Assembly: GCA_963721805.1 (NCBI GenBank)
Contig: CAVRJY010000001.1
Location: forward strand, 192,001-256,000
Reading direction: 5' to 3'
DNA length: 64,000 nucleotides
Source: Nitrospirota bacterium
GTDB taxonomy: Bacteria > Nitrospirota > Thermodesulfovibrionia > Thermodesulfovibrionales > JdFR-86
Shown here: positions 9,473 through 18,937 of the stretch, in pieces
Layout of the letters: each line of letters begins with the position of its first letter
Numbering within the stretch: the stretch's first letter is position 1
Position numbers and translations under genes: made by a program
Notes under the pieces: model-generated
Databases searched by the model: none
Seen by the model: the letters and a program-made list of their open reading frames with translations, nothing else
Told to the model about the DNA's origin: nothing

Positions 9473-9631
9473 AAAGTGCGCGAAATCGCGTGATACGTTG
9501 TCATGGCTCGGAAATCCGTCCTCGGAGTACGCTCAAGTACACCGTCGGACGTTTTCCTCGCCATTCCTAGTCTGACGCTGATTTCTCGCGCTTTAAATTT
9601 CAATCTCATAAGTGTGCGAGCGGTCAACGGC
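9473..9631 (+). repeat. GTAC-hairpin dispersed element, copy 1 (subtype A)
   Basis: Imperfect ~125-bp palindrome with apex GTAC-GCTCAA-GTAC and tail GGTCAACGGC. Homologous to 30538-30691 and the reverse complement of 59830-59994. Confidence 0.9.
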
Positions 9632-9870
9632 TCAGTTATATACATAGTTATCGCGCGCGTGCGCGCGCATTTTTTTAGAGCGTTCAAATGAACGAAGAAA
9701 AAACAGTGCAAGGTAGCGGAATCCATGGCTAATTTGAAAGCCTCCATGTTCATGCGTTCAGAAACGGTTTCCGTGCATTCCATCGGCCTTCTGCTCCGCT
9801 TTCTCTGACCTCAAAATGGGCATATAACCCTCATCCAGTATTGAATCACAACGCTATGACAAAAAGCGAT

Positions 9871-9956
9871 AAACTACGGTTTATATATAAACCCAAGTTG
9901 ATAGAAAAAATTGATAGCCGTGCGTTTTCTACTAACTTCCGATTAACTATGGTTAA
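9871..9956. repeat. 86-bp AT-rich palindromic block, copy 1
   Basis: Reverse complement matches 28215-28300 with about 10 mismatches. Contains GGTTTATATATAAACC and TTAACTATGGTTAA. Confidence 0.9.
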
Positions 9957-9980
9957 AGGAGGGGCCGGGCGGCCCCTCCT
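9957..9980. terminator. GC hairpin at the stop of the 68-aa ORF
   Basis: AGGAGGGGCC-GGGC-GGCCCCTCCT. Confidence 0.55.
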
Positions 9981-10186
9981 TATTTCGCGTAAAGTTTCTT
10001 GGCCTGCGCCTTAAAGCCCTTAAGTTCCTCTATCAGGCGGTCGATCTCGGTGTCCATCTCGGCCGGGCTGAAGCAGTCGTAAGAGATCTGGATCTCGCCG
10101 TCCTCGTGCTCCCTGAAATGGTTGAGCCCTATATATACCAGCTTCTTCCCTGACTTCGTCGTCCTCAGTTCAAACGTATGCGCCAT
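9980..10186 (-). CDS. Hypothetical protein, 68 aa
   Basis: AAGGAGGA SD, plausible codon usage, downstream hairpin. Confidence 0.7.
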   Translation of the reverse strand: MAHTFELRTTKSGKKLVYIGLNHFREHEDGEIQISYDCFSPAEMDTEIDRLIEELKGFKAQAKKLYAK

Positions 10187-10218
10187 TATTTAATCCTCCT
10201 TATAAATAACTTTAATTA

Positions 10219-10392
10219 ATGCCTTTGACCATGTGGGGCGCGGAGGGCCTCCTTTATCCGTGCCCCCCGAAAGCGCGCCCAAATCGGCTTCAGACAAGGC
10301 AGGGCAAGAAGACCGCCCGATGGTGTACTGTGACGTACATAGAGGGCGAGTCTTTGAAGCCCAACGAAGTATCAAGCGATTTGGAGCGCTTT
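10219..10392 (-). repeat. GTAC-hairpin element, copy 2 (subtype B)
   Basis: Core differs from 12636-12809 at about 4 of 124 nt. Lies just downstream of trpS. Confidence 0.92.
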
Positions 10393-10423
10393 AAAGAAAG
10401 CACCGGGTGCGGTTCAATAGCCA

Positions 10424-11416
10424 CTATAGTCCCTTCAACCCCATTACTTCCCTTACCTGCTGCATTGTCGCTCGTGCCGTAATGCTCGCCTTATCGGTGC
10501 CTATGTCTATCGCGCGCCTGAGTATCGAGGGATCCCCCGCGATCTGCGCCCGGCGCTCCCACAGGGGCGAGAGTGCCCCGCGCATGTTCTTGATCAGCAC
10601 CTTCTTGCAGTCGATGCAGCCGATCCCGGCGGTGCGGCAGCCCTCGGCGACCTCTGCCAGCTCGGCCTCGCTCGAGAATATCTTATGGAGCTGGTATACC
10701 GGGGAGAGTTCCGGGTCGCCCTTGTCCGTGCGCCTGATGCGCGCGGGGTCGGTGGCCATGGTGCGCACCTTTTTTTCGAGCTCATCGGACGTGTCGCTAA
10801 GGTATATCGCGTTATCGTAGCTCTTGCTCATCTTGCGGCCGTCGAGGCCCGGCACCTTGGGGAACTTCGTGAGCAGGGCCTCGGGCTCGACCAGCACGTC
10901 GGAGTTATACAGCCCGTTAAAGCGCCGCGCGATCTCGCGCGTGATCTCCAGATGCGGCATCTGGTCCACTCCGACCGGGACGTAGTGCGCGCCGTAGAGC
11001 AGGATGTCCGCGCTCATGAGCACCGGGTATCCGAGGAAGCCGTACATCGAGAGGTCGCGGTCTGAGAGGTTTTCCTTTTTCTCCTTGTATGTCGGCACGC
11101 GCTCGAGCCATCCAAGCGGGGTGATCATGCTCAGAAGCAGGTGCAGCTCGGCGTGCTCCAGCACGCGGGACTGCAGGAATATCGTGCAGCGCTCCGGGTC
11201 GAGCCCGGCAGCGATGAAGTTCGTAAGCAAGTCCTTGGTGCTCGCGGCCAGCGCGGAGGGATCGGCGTAGCCTGTAGTGAGCGCATGCCAGTCGGCCACG
11301 AAGTAGTAGCAGTCGTATTCGTCCTGGAGCTTGACCCAGTTGCGCAATGCCCCGACCCAGTTGCCTACGTGAAGGCGGCCGCTTGCCTGCATGCCGCTTA
11401 GAACTCGCTTTTTCAT
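10424..11416 (-). CDS. trpS: Tryptophan--tRNA ligase
   Basis: HVGN (HIGH-like), YPVLMSADIL, VPVGVDQ and KMSKS. Confidence 0.97.
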   Translation of the reverse strand: MKKRVLSGMQASGRLHVGNWVGALRNWVKLQDEYDCYYFVADWHALTTGYADPSALAASTKDLLTNFIAAGLDPERCTIFLQSRVLEHAELHLLLSMITPLGWLERVPTYKEKKENLSDRDLSMYGFLGYPVLMSADILLYGAHYVPVGVDQMPHLEITREIARRFNGLYNSDVLVEPEALLTKFPKVPGLDGRKMSKSYDNAIYLSDTSDELEKKVRTMATDPARIRRTDKGDPELSPVYQLHKIFSSEAELAEVAEGCRTAGIGCIDCKKVLIKNMRGALSPLWERRAQIAGDPSILRRAIDIGTDKASITARATMQQVREVMGLKGL

Positions 11417-12090
11417 AGACCTCCAACCCAGGTTAAAAGTATGCTGAAGAAATAAAGCAGGGGCGCCATGAGAAACCTCGTTGCGCCCGTGGCGATCAGG
11501 AGCATCACGATCATGAACCCGAACGGCTCGAGCCTCGCAAGCTGCCGGCCCATGCTGTAGGGCAGCAGCCCGACCGCGACGCGCCCGCCGTCAAGCGGGG
11601 GGATCGGGATAAGGTTAAACGAGGCCAGCACGAGGTTCATCGTGATGCCAGAGATCAGCATCAGCCTCAGCGGATGAAGCACCGACTCTGCGGTATCGGG
11701 CGATACGAACGCAGAGGCAGGGATCACGACAAATTTGATGAGCAGCAGGCTTATGACCGCCAGCAGGATGTTGCAGACCGGCCCGGCCGCGGCCGTGATC
11801 GCCATGCCGCTGTGCGGGTTTTTGAAGTTATTGGGGTTGATCGGCACGGGCTTGGCGTAGCCGAACATGAACCTCCCGCCGCTGAGGATCAGCATCGCTA
11901 TCGGCAGGATGATCGTGCCGACGAGGTCTACGTGCGCCAGCGGGTTTAGCGTCAGGCGTCCGAGCATCTTCGCTGTGGGGTCCCCGAGGCGGTTGGCGAC
12001 ATACCCGTGCGCGACCTCGTGAAAGGTGATCGCGATCAGTATCGGGATGGCCGATATCGCTATCTGTCTGATTGTATCCGTTATGTCCAT
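11413..12090 (-). CDS. Site-2 (M50) protease family protein
   Basis: HEVAH, AAAGP and FNLIPIPPLDG. Confidence 0.93.
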   Translation of the reverse strand: MDITDTIRQIAISAIPILIAITFHEVAHGYVANRLGDPTAKMLGRLTLNPLAHVDLVGTIILPIAMLILSGGRFMFGYAKPVPINPNNFKNPHSGMAITAAAGPVCNILLAVISLLLIKFVVIPASAFVSPDTAESVLHPLRLMLISGITMNLVLASFNLIPIPPLDGGRVAVGLLPYSMGRQLARLEPFGFMIVMLLIATGATRFLMAPLLYFFSILLTWVGGL

Positions 12091-12152
12091 GGTGGAAAGC
12101 TTATGATATAGCCTATCTCAAAGGCATGTCAAACAAGCGTATAATTGTATCC

Positions 12153-12611
12153 ATGCCGGATATATCGCACGCAGATATAGCGGATGCGGCTGAGATACTC
12201 GAGCTTCAGAAGCTCGCGTTTCAGAGTCAGGCCATATTATACGATTACTGGTCCATGCCGCCCCTGACCCAGACGCTTGAAGATATCAGGGAGGAGTTCG
12301 GCAGGCTCGTATTCCTGAAGGCGACCGAGTCAGGCAGGATCATAGGCTCGGTCAGGGCGTCGCTAGATGACGGCACCTGTCATATCGGCAGGCTGATCGT
12401 ACATCCCGATTTTCAGAACCAGGGCATCGGCACGCGGCTGATGCGGGCGATAGAGGCCGAGTTCCCGGACGCGCAACGCTACGAATTATTCACCGGCAGC
12501 AGGAGCGAGCGCAATATCCACCTCTACGAGAAGCTCGGCTACAGGATCATCAGGCAAGAGCCGGTATCGAATAATGTCTCACTTTTGTATATGGTTAAGG
12601 CGCTTAGCTGA
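12153..12611 (+). CDS. GNAT family N-acetyltransferase
   Basis: VHPDFQNQGIG motif A and N..LYEKLGY. Confidence 0.9.
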   Translation: MPDISHADIADAAEILELQKLAFQSQAILYDYWSMPPLTQTLEDIREEFGRLVFLKATESGRIIGSVRASLDDGTCHIGRLIVHPDFQNQGIGTRLMRAIEAEFPDAQRYELFTGSRSERNIHLYEKLGYRIIRQEPVSNNVSLLYMVKALS

Positions 12612-12635
12612 AAGCGCTCATCTTAATTCCAAACA

Positions 12636-12809
12636 TTGCCATTGACCTTCGGGGCCGGGGGGCCGACCGTTCTTCCGTGCCCCCCGAAAGCGCGCCCAAA
12701 TCGTCTTCAGACAAGGCAGGGCAAGAAGACCGCCCGATGGTGTACTGAGACGTACATAGAGGGCGAGTCTTTGAAGCCCAACGACGTATCAAGCGATTTG
12801 GCGCGCTTT
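12636..12809 (-). repeat. GTAC-hairpin element, copy 3 (subtype B)
   Basis: Near-identical core to copy 2. Lies between convergent genes. Confidence 0.92.
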
Positions 12810-12832
12810 GAAAGAACTTGCTAAGTGCCCTG

Positions 12833-13414
12833 CTAAGGTTTCTTATTCGCCATCGCGGCTGCGGCGGCTGGCAGGTTCTTAAGTACCGACGACATGCGTT
12901 CGGTGAGGGACGCGACCTTCAAGGGCGGCATCGCGGCCATCGCCGCGCCCGACTTGCGGGGGTTCATGCCCAGCAGTATGTTGACCGCGAGGTCTTCAGG
13001 GAGCGCGGCCAGGCGCACCGCGGCATCCTCGGGCTGCATGGCCTCGTAGCTCTTAACGATTTTCTTCGTGTTTTTGTTGTTGAGGTCCCCGGCCGTCTGC
13101 AGAGCGGCCTCGATCTTCATCAGGAGCTTCGTGTACCTGTCGATCTCGTTGTCGAGGTCGCGGCGCATCGCGCCCATGCGCTCCTCCTCGCTCTGGAGCT
13201 TGGCCTCCCATGCCGAGAGTTCCGCGCGGCGGGCCTCGATGTCCTTGTCCGCTGTCTTGGGGGCCGCATCCTGCGCGGCGTACGGTTTCGGGGTGTACAC
13301 GCCTGCGGGCGAGTTCGTCCCGGCGGGCTGGGCTGAGTTGTCGATGCCGTACATCGGCACCGCGATCAGCAGCCCAAGGGCGATCAGGGCCCCAAGCCAT
13401 ATGGCGCGGTTCAT
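12833..13414 (-). CDS. MotE/FlbB-like flagellar protein
   Basis: N-terminal TM, coiled coil, YEAMQPEDAA..ILLGMNPRKSGAAM. Follows fliJ. Confidence 0.75.
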   Translation of the reverse strand: MNRAIWLGALIALGLLIAVPMYGIDNSAQPAGTNSPAGVYTPKPYAAQDAAPKTADKDIEARRAELSAWEAKLQSEEERMGAMRRDLDNEIDRYTKLLMKIEAALQTAGDLNNKNTKKIVKSYEAMQPEDAAVRLAALPEDLAVNILLGMNPRKSGAAMAAMPPLKVASLTERMSSVLKNLPAAAAAMANKKP

Positions 13415-13854
13415 GCGAGCGCCCTCCTGCTTATAAACAGCGCGTCCATGCCCTTTTGCTCCTCGATGTCCTGCTGGCGGGTGAATTGCTTCTGGAGCCG
13501 GTCGCGGTAGGTCTCGATGACCCTGCGCTCGCGGTGGGCCTCGAGCAGGGCGTCGAGCCTGGAGTCGAGCTCGATTGTTGCGGCCTCCACGACCGCGCTC
13601 TGGCGGCCGCGGCTCCGGTCCATGCTCTCGCGGTACTCAAACAGCATACTGAGCTCAAGGACGTCGAGCGTGCGCTCCGACTGCACCTCGAAGAGCCGCT
13701 TCATCGCGGCATCGAGGCTGCGGTCGATCAGCCGCAGCGCGGCCTCCTCGTCCTCCAGGACGGCGCGTGCGCGGCGGACCTCGGCGACCTTGTCCTCCTC
13801 CTCGATCTCGCGGACCTCGGCCACGCGCGTCAGCGTCGATATCCTCTGTCTCAT
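13411..13854 (-). CDS. fliJ: Flagellar export protein FliJ
   Basis: 147-aa coiled coil after fliI with C-terminal EEQKGMD. Confidence 0.8.
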   Translation of the reverse strand: MRQRISTLTRVAEVREIEEEDKVAEVRRARAVLEDEEAALRLIDRSLDAAMKRLFEVQSERTLDVLELSMLFEYRESMDRSRGRQSAVVEAATIELDSRLDALLEAHRERRVIETYRDRLQKQFTRQQDIEEQKGMDALFISRRALA

Positions 13855-13879
13855 ATCTTGTAACTCATTGGCTTATATC

Positions 13880-15244
13880 TCATCGCTTCTGGCCCGCGGG
13901 CACCGGCGGCTGCGGATGGGGCTGAGGCTGCTTCTCGAACAGGTGGTAGAGCCCTTGGAGGCTGTCGGAGAAGTCCTTGCGGTCGTTCATGCCCTGCCGC
14001 AGGTAGGCGCGCATCGGCTCGATCATCTCGATTGCGTAGTCGATCTTCGGGTTCGAGCCTTTCTTGTAAGCGCCAAGGTTTATCAGGTCCTCGGCGCGGC
14101 GGTAGTTTGCGAGCGTCTCTAAAAACTTGTTCGCGAACTGCAGGTGCTTGGGGTCTGCGATGTCCGTCATGACCCTGCTTTTAGACTGCAGGACGTCGAT
14201 TGCGGGGAAGTGGTTTTCTATCGCCAGCTCGCGCGTGAGCACGAAGTGACCGTCGAGCACCGAGCGCGACGCGTCCGCTATCGGCTCGTTGAAGTCGTCG
14301 CCCTCGACGAGCACGGTATAGAGCCCCGTGATGCTGCCCTTGGCCTCGGTCGTCCCGGCGCGCTCCAGTATGCGCGGTATCAGGGCGAAGACCGAGGGCG
14401 TGTAGCCCTTCGCCGTAGGGGGCTCGCCGATGGCAAGGCCGATCTCGCGCTGCGCCATGCAGACGCGGGTGAGCGAGTCCATCAGCAGCAGGACGTCCTT
14501 GCCCTGGCTTCGGAAATACTCAGCCACGCTCGTCGCGGTAAACGCGCTGCGCACCTTCGCAAGCGGGGGCTGCTCGCTGGTCGATACGATAACGACCGAG
14601 CGCTTCAGGCCCTCGGGCCCCAGGTCGCGCTCGATGAACTCGCGCACCTCCCTGGCGCGCTCGCCGATCAGGCCGATCACGTTTACGTCGGCCGCGGTGA
14701 ACTTCGACATCATCCCCATCAGCACGCTCTTGCCCACGCCCGAGCCGGACATGATCCCGAGCCTCTGGCCCTTGCCGACCGTCAGCAGGCCGTTGATCGA
14801 GCGCACGCCCAGGTCGATGGGGTCGTGGATGCGGCGGCGCTTCAGCGGGTGGGGGGAGTATGAGAAAAGCGGGTACTGTTCCCCGGTGACCGGCCCCTTG
14901 CCGTCCATCGGGTTGCCGAGGTAGTCAAGCACGCGGCCTACGAGCGACGGGCCGACCGTGATGGATAATTTCTTGCCGATGGCCTGCACGCGGCTTCCGG
15001 GGCGTATCCCAGCCTGATCGCCTATGGCCATCAGGAGGCTCTGGCCGTCCTTGAACCCGACGACCTCGGCAGGAACCGGTAGCTCGCCGTCCTCGCCGTG
15101 TATGAGGCAGGCCTCGCCGACGCTCACGCGCAGGCCCGAGACCTTCAGCAGCAGGCCGGTGATCTCGGTCACGCGGCCGTATGCGTGCATGCACTCCAGC
15201 GCGTCTATCGCGGCCGCGAAGCCCTCAAGGTCGCACAGCGGCAT
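13880..15244 (-). CDS. fliI: Flagellum-specific ATPase
   Basis: GSGVGKS, LIGERAREV, DSLTR, GEPP..KGYTPS and LDGH. Confidence 0.96.
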   Translation of the reverse strand: MPLCDLEGFAAAIDALECMHAYGRVTEITGLLLKVSGLRVSVGEACLIHGEDGELPVPAEVVGFKDGQSLLMAIGDQAGIRPGSRVQAIGKKLSITVGPSLVGRVLDYLGNPMDGKGPVTGEQYPLFSYSPHPLKRRRIHDPIDLGVRSINGLLTVGKGQRLGIMSGSGVGKSVLMGMMSKFTAADVNVIGLIGERAREVREFIERDLGPEGLKRSVVIVSTSEQPPLAKVRSAFTATSVAEYFRSQGKDVLLLMDSLTRVCMAQREIGLAIGEPPTAKGYTPSVFALIPRILERAGTTEAKGSITGLYTVLVEGDDFNEPIADASRSVLDGHFVLTRELAIENHFPAIDVLQSKSRVMTDIADPKHLQFANKFLETLANYRRAEDLINLGAYKKGSNPKIDYAIEMIEPMRAYLRQGMNDRKDFSDSLQGLYHLFEKQPQPHPQPPVPAGQKR

Positions 15245-15902
15245 GCATGGCCTCCAGCTCGCGCTCTATCTCGCGTATCTGCCCGTCGATCTCGGTGACG
15301 ACCTCGTCGGCCGGACCGATGACGACCGGCCCGGTGGCCGAGGCCGAGGGGTCGACGTCGAAGACGATATCGGGGTGTATCGCCATGAGCTCGGGCTTAA
15401 TCTTCTGGATGAGCTCGGCCACGGCCGGGTTGAGCTTGATCGTGACCGGCCCGGTCTTCTCGACCTTGCGCAGCGCGGCCTTGACGAGTTCGGCTATGGA
15501 CTCGGGGGACTGCTTCAGCTCGGTCGCTATGACCTTGCGGGCAATCGCCACGGAGAGCTTAAGCAGCCCGGGCTCGATCTCGCGGCTCAGGTTGTTTTTC
15601 CGGTCGATGAGTTCGTTGAGCGTGTGCTGCAGGCGCTGGAGCAGCGCGGCGGCCTTCTGCTGCCCGACCTCGAGCCCCGCCCGCTCCCCTGCGGCGTACC
15701 CCTTCCGATAGCCCTCTTTCTCAATGGCTGCGATGTGCTCGGCGGGCGTGGGGCCTGCGGGCTTCCTTAGCTCCTCGCCCTTGATCCTGCCCTCCAAATG
15801 CGGCATCCCGAAGACAGGCTGTCCCGTATCCTTCAGCACCTTGCTCCTGAAAAGCGAGCCGCTCTCTGCGGTGCCCTTTATGCTCGATGCGGTCCTCATC
15901 AT
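15225..15902 (-). CDS. fliH: Flagellar assembly protein FliH
   Basis: GxxxG repeats and IARKVI. Lies between fliG and fliI. Confidence 0.85.
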   Translation of the reverse strand: MMRTASSIKGTAESGSLFRSKVLKDTGQPVFGMPHLEGRIKGEELRKPAGPTPAEHIAAIEKEGYRKGYAAGERAGLEVGQQKAAALLQRLQHTLNELIDRKNNLSREIEPGLLKLSVAIARKVIATELKQSPESIAELVKAALRKVEKTGPVTIKLNPAVAELIQKIKPELMAIHPDIVFDVDPSASATGPVVIGPADEVVTEIDGQIREIERELEAMHAAVRP

Positions 15903-15916
15903 CTATCGGAGCCCGC

Positions 15917-16048
15917 TCATACGAGTTGCTCTCCGAGGCGTCGAGCAAGCGGGTGCATGTGCTATGGAGTTCATCATACGAGTTGCTCTCCGAGGCGTCG
16001 AGCAAACGGGAGCATGTGCTATGGAGTTCGTCATACGAGTTGCTCTCC
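15917..16048. repeat. 57-bp tandem repeat x2.3 containing the last 18 nt of fliG
   Basis: TCATACGAGTTGCTCTCC at 15917, 15974 and 16031. The intervening 39-nt segments differ at 3 positions. Confidence 0.95.
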
Positions 16049-17005
16049 ACCCTTGCCGCCGAGGATGATGCGGCCCTCCTCCTCGAGGCGGCGGGCGACC
16101 TTGACGATGTTCTGCTGCGCCTTCTCGACCTCCGATACGCGCACGGGGCCGCGCACCTCCATCTCCTCTTTGAGGATCGTGGCGGCGCGCGAGGACATGT
16201 TCTTGAAGATCTTGTCCTTCAGCGTCTCGCTCGACGTCTTGAGCGCGAGCGAGAGGTCGTCGGTGCTCACTTCCTTCAGCACCGACTGTATGCCCTTGTC
16301 GTCGACGTTTATGAGGTCTTCGAACACGAACATGAGCTGGCGTATCGAGTCCGCGAGCGCGGTGTCGTGCTCGTCGATGTTTTCAAGTATCATCTGCTCC
16401 GTCGTGCGTTCGACCGAGTTTAGGATCTCGGCCACGGTCTTTATGCCTCCGACCTTGGTGCCGGAGCCCCTCGTGAGTTCCAGCCCCTTCAGCGCCTCCT
16501 CGAGTTCCTCGATGGCGTGCGTCGGGATGCGTTCGGTCACTGCCACGCGCATCGCTACGTCGGCCCTCATGGTGTCGGGGAGGTTGACCAGGACCTCGGC
16601 GGCCTGCGGCGGTTCGAGCAGGCACAGGGCGAGCGCGACGGTCTGGGGGTGTTCGGTCGTCAGGAAGTTCGCGAGCGTCTTGGGGTCGACGTCCTGCAGC
16701 GACTCGATCGGGCTCTCGGACTCGATCAGGGCCAGCACGCGGTCGGCGCGGTCGGGGCCCAGGACCTTCTCCAGTATGCGGCGGATGTAGTCCTGCCCGA
16801 CGGGCTGCAGCTCCCCGGTCGTGATGCGGCTGGAGGCCTCGTTGAAGACCATGTCGATGTCGGCCTTGCCCACGGAGCCTACCTTGCTCATGTACGAGCT
16901 GATGCGGCTGATCTCGTCCATCGCGAGGGACTTCAGGACCTCCGCGGCGCGGTCCTCGCCGATAGTCCTGAGGAATATGGCGGCCTTCTCATACCCGGTT
17001 AACAT
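16031..17005 (-). CDS. fliG: Flagellar motor switch protein FliG
   Basis: EHPQTVAL, MFVFEDL, NMSSRAA and GPVRVSEVE. Confidence 0.97.
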   Translation of the reverse strand: MLTGYEKAAIFLRTIGEDRAAEVLKSLAMDEISRISSYMSKVGSVGKADIDMVFNEASSRITTGELQPVGQDYIRRILEKVLGPDRADRVLALIESESPIESLQDVDPKTLANFLTTEHPQTVALALCLLEPPQAAEVLVNLPDTMRADVAMRVAVTERIPTHAIEELEEALKGLELTRGSGTKVGGIKTVAEILNSVERTTEQMILENIDEHDTALADSIRQLMFVFEDLINVDDKGIQSVLKEVSTDDLSLALKTSSETLKDKIFKNMSSRAATILKEEMEVRGPVRVSEVEKAQQNIVKVARRLEEEGRIILGGKGGEQLV

Positions 17006-17056
17006 TTACGCGGCCCCCGTGCCTTCCGACATTATGCCCTGTCTCATTATATTAGC

Positions 17057-18604
17057 CTATTTCTTCTCTTCGAGCCAGCCGCGTATGAGGTCGGCGGTCT
17101 TCTTCGGGTTCTTCTCGACCCAGTCGAGCACCTGTCCCTTGACGCCGCGCGTGCGGGTCTCGGACTCGAGCTCCGGCAGTATCGGCTCGAGAGACAGCGA
17201 CTGCTGGGCCTGTGCGGCGGCGAGCGCCCTGATCTGGGCGCCGCCTTCGGTCTCGCGCGGCCCGGTGAGGGCGCGCATGATCGGGCGGAGCACCATCAGG
17301 AAAAACAGGATTACCACTATAAACGGGGCGAGGTACTTAAGCGCCTGCATCCCGAGCGCCGCATAGTCGCGCTTCTCGACCGGGATCTCCTCGGCCGTGA
17401 CCTCAAACGGCATGTTCGCGACGCTGACCTCGTCGTTGCGCTCCAGCGAGAACCCGATGGCCTTCTTTACGAGGTTCTCGTAGTTGCGGATGTCCTCGTC
17501 CTTGCGCGGGGCATAGGTGCCGGTCTTCTTGTCGTATACGCCGTCGACGATGACCGCGGCCGTGATGCGCTTGACCTGTGCGGCTGCGTCCGTCGTATGG
17601 CTTACGACCTTCGTGATCTCGTAGTTGATCGTCTCGTTCTGGTTATTGGTGTTGGAGTTGGAGCTCGAGGGCTGCGCGGTGGCGGTCTTGCCCGGCACGT
17701 TTGAGCTCACGCCGGGCACTCCGCCGCGGCCCGTGGACTCGGACTTCTCGGTGCTGTGCTGCTCGCTGCGCACGACCTGACCCTCGGGGTCGTACTTCTC
17801 CTCGGTCGACTCGCGGTGCGTGAAGTCTATGGTCGCTGCGACCTGGGCCTTGACCTTGCCCTGGCCGACCACCGGCTCGAGGATCGAGACGATGCGCTCT
17901 TGCAGTTCCTTCTCGACGGTCTTTTGATAGTCCAGCTGCGTGCTGCTGAGCCCTGTGCTGTCGTCCGCGACCTTGGTGAGCATCGCCCCGTTTGAGTCCA
18001 CGACGGTCACGTCGCGGGGGTCCATGCCCTCCACGCTGCTGGAGACGAGGTGCACGATGCCCTGCACGCTGTCCTCCGAGAGGCGCCTGCCGGGGCGGAG
18101 CTTGACGAGCACCGAGGCCTTGGGCTTGAACTTGTCGGACTGAAACAGCGAGCGCTCGGGGATCGAGACCTGCACGCGTGCTCGGTCGACCTCGGTAAGG
18201 GCGCCTATCGTGCGCTGCAGCTCGCCCTGGAGCGCGCGGCGGTAATTGAGCTTCTGGACGAAATCCGTGGTCCCGAACTCGACCTTGTCGAAGAGCTCGA
18301 AGCCGACAGAGCCGCCCTGCGGCAGCCCCGCAGCGGCCATCTGCATGCGCAGCTCGTAGACCTTGTCCTTGGGCACCATGATGCCGCCCTCGGTGGCCTT
18401 GTACGGGACCTTCATCTCCTGGAGCTTCTGGGCTATCTGCCCGGAGTCCTCGGCCGAGAGGTTTGTAAACAGCAGGCTGTAGTCGGGCCTCTGGGCCCAT
18501 GCGAACACCAGGACCATCGCCACGACCCCCAGGGCCAGGGCGGCCAGGAGCGCGCCCTTCTTGCGGGCCGGGAGGTTCGTTATCGTCTCTGTCAGGTTTG
18601 CCAT
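17057..18604 (-). CDS. fliF: Flagellar MS-ring protein
   Basis: GFELFD, RALQGELQRTI, ASVLV and two TM segments. Confidence 0.97.
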   Translation of the reverse strand: MANLTETITNLPARKKGALLAALALGVVAMVLVFAWAQRPDYSLLFTNLSAEDSGQIAQKLQEMKVPYKATEGGIMVPKDKVYELRMQMAAAGLPQGGSVGFELFDKVEFGTTDFVQKLNYRRALQGELQRTIGALTEVDRARVQVSIPERSLFQSDKFKPKASVLVKLRPGRRLSEDSVQGIVHLVSSSVEGMDPRDVTVVDSNGAMLTKVADDSTGLSSTQLDYQKTVEKELQERIVSILEPVVGQGKVKAQVAATIDFTHRESTEEKYDPEGQVVRSEQHSTEKSESTGRGGVPGVSSNVPGKTATAQPSSSNSNTNNQNETINYEITKVVSHTTDAAAQVKRITAAVIVDGVYDKKTGTYAPRKDEDIRNYENLVKKAIGFSLERNDEVSVANMPFEVTAEEIPVEKRDYAALGMQALKYLAPFIVVILFFLMVLRPIMRALTGPRETEGGAQIRALAAAQAQQSLSLEPILPELESETRTRGVKGQVLDWVEKNPKKTADLIRGWLEEKK

Positions 18605-18616
18605 TTGGAGTTCTCC

Positions 18617-18922
18617 TTATACCTGCATCCGCATGACTTCCTGGTATGCCGAGACGAGCTGGTTACGCACCTCGAGCATCACCTGAAACGACATGTCGGC
18701 CTGCTCCATAGCGAGCATCGTCTCGGTTACGTCGCCGCCCTTCGTGAGGTTCTCAACCGCCTTCTCGGCCTCGTTATTGGCGTCGTTGACCTTGCCGAGC
18801 GCCGTGTCCATGGCCTTGGAGAATGCCCCCTCCTCCGGCGCAGCGGCCGATGAGGAGGGCTTCGTCATCTGCGGGCTTATCGAGTTCGTCCCTGAGAGCG
18901 GACCTATGTGGAAACCTGACAT
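18617..18922 (-). CDS. fliE: Flagellar hook-basal body protein FliE
   Basis: EVRNQLVSAYQEVMRMQV. Confidence 0.95.
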   Translation of the reverse strand: MSGFHIGPLSGTNSISPQMTKPSSSAAAPEEGAFSKAMDTALGKVNDANNEAEKAVENLTKGGDVTETMLAMEQADMSFQVMLEVRNQLVSAYQEVMRMQV

Positions 18923-18937
18923 CCTGCGGCCCTCCCG

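Larger units (their letters stand above)
9473..9956 (+). mobile_element. Composite non-coding element 1 (hairpin + (CG)n tract + variable core + AT-rich block)
   Basis: Same module order as 28215-28767 in inverted orientation. Mobility is inferred. Confidence 0.55.

Noticed and set aside
9473..9631. Hairpin elements as integron attC sites, tRNAs or known ribozymes
   Set aside because: No RYYYAAC/GTTRRRY ends, cassette array or integrase. No cloverleaf. No hammerhead or other catalytic core that I can recognise.
9871..9900. AT palindrome as a dif or protelomerase site
   Set aside because: It lacks the XerD arm TTATGTTAAA, occurs twice, and no cognate enzyme is nearby.
10190..12824. Mutually similar short ORFs (10190-10375, 10219-10482, 12604-12792; also 28312-28860, 28550-28822)
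   Set aside because: They are translations of the non-coding repeat. Starts, stops and frames are not conserved between copies.
15917..16048. Possible mini-CRISPR array
   Set aside because: The would-be spacers are near-identical, the repeat is the fliG end, and no cas genes are present.
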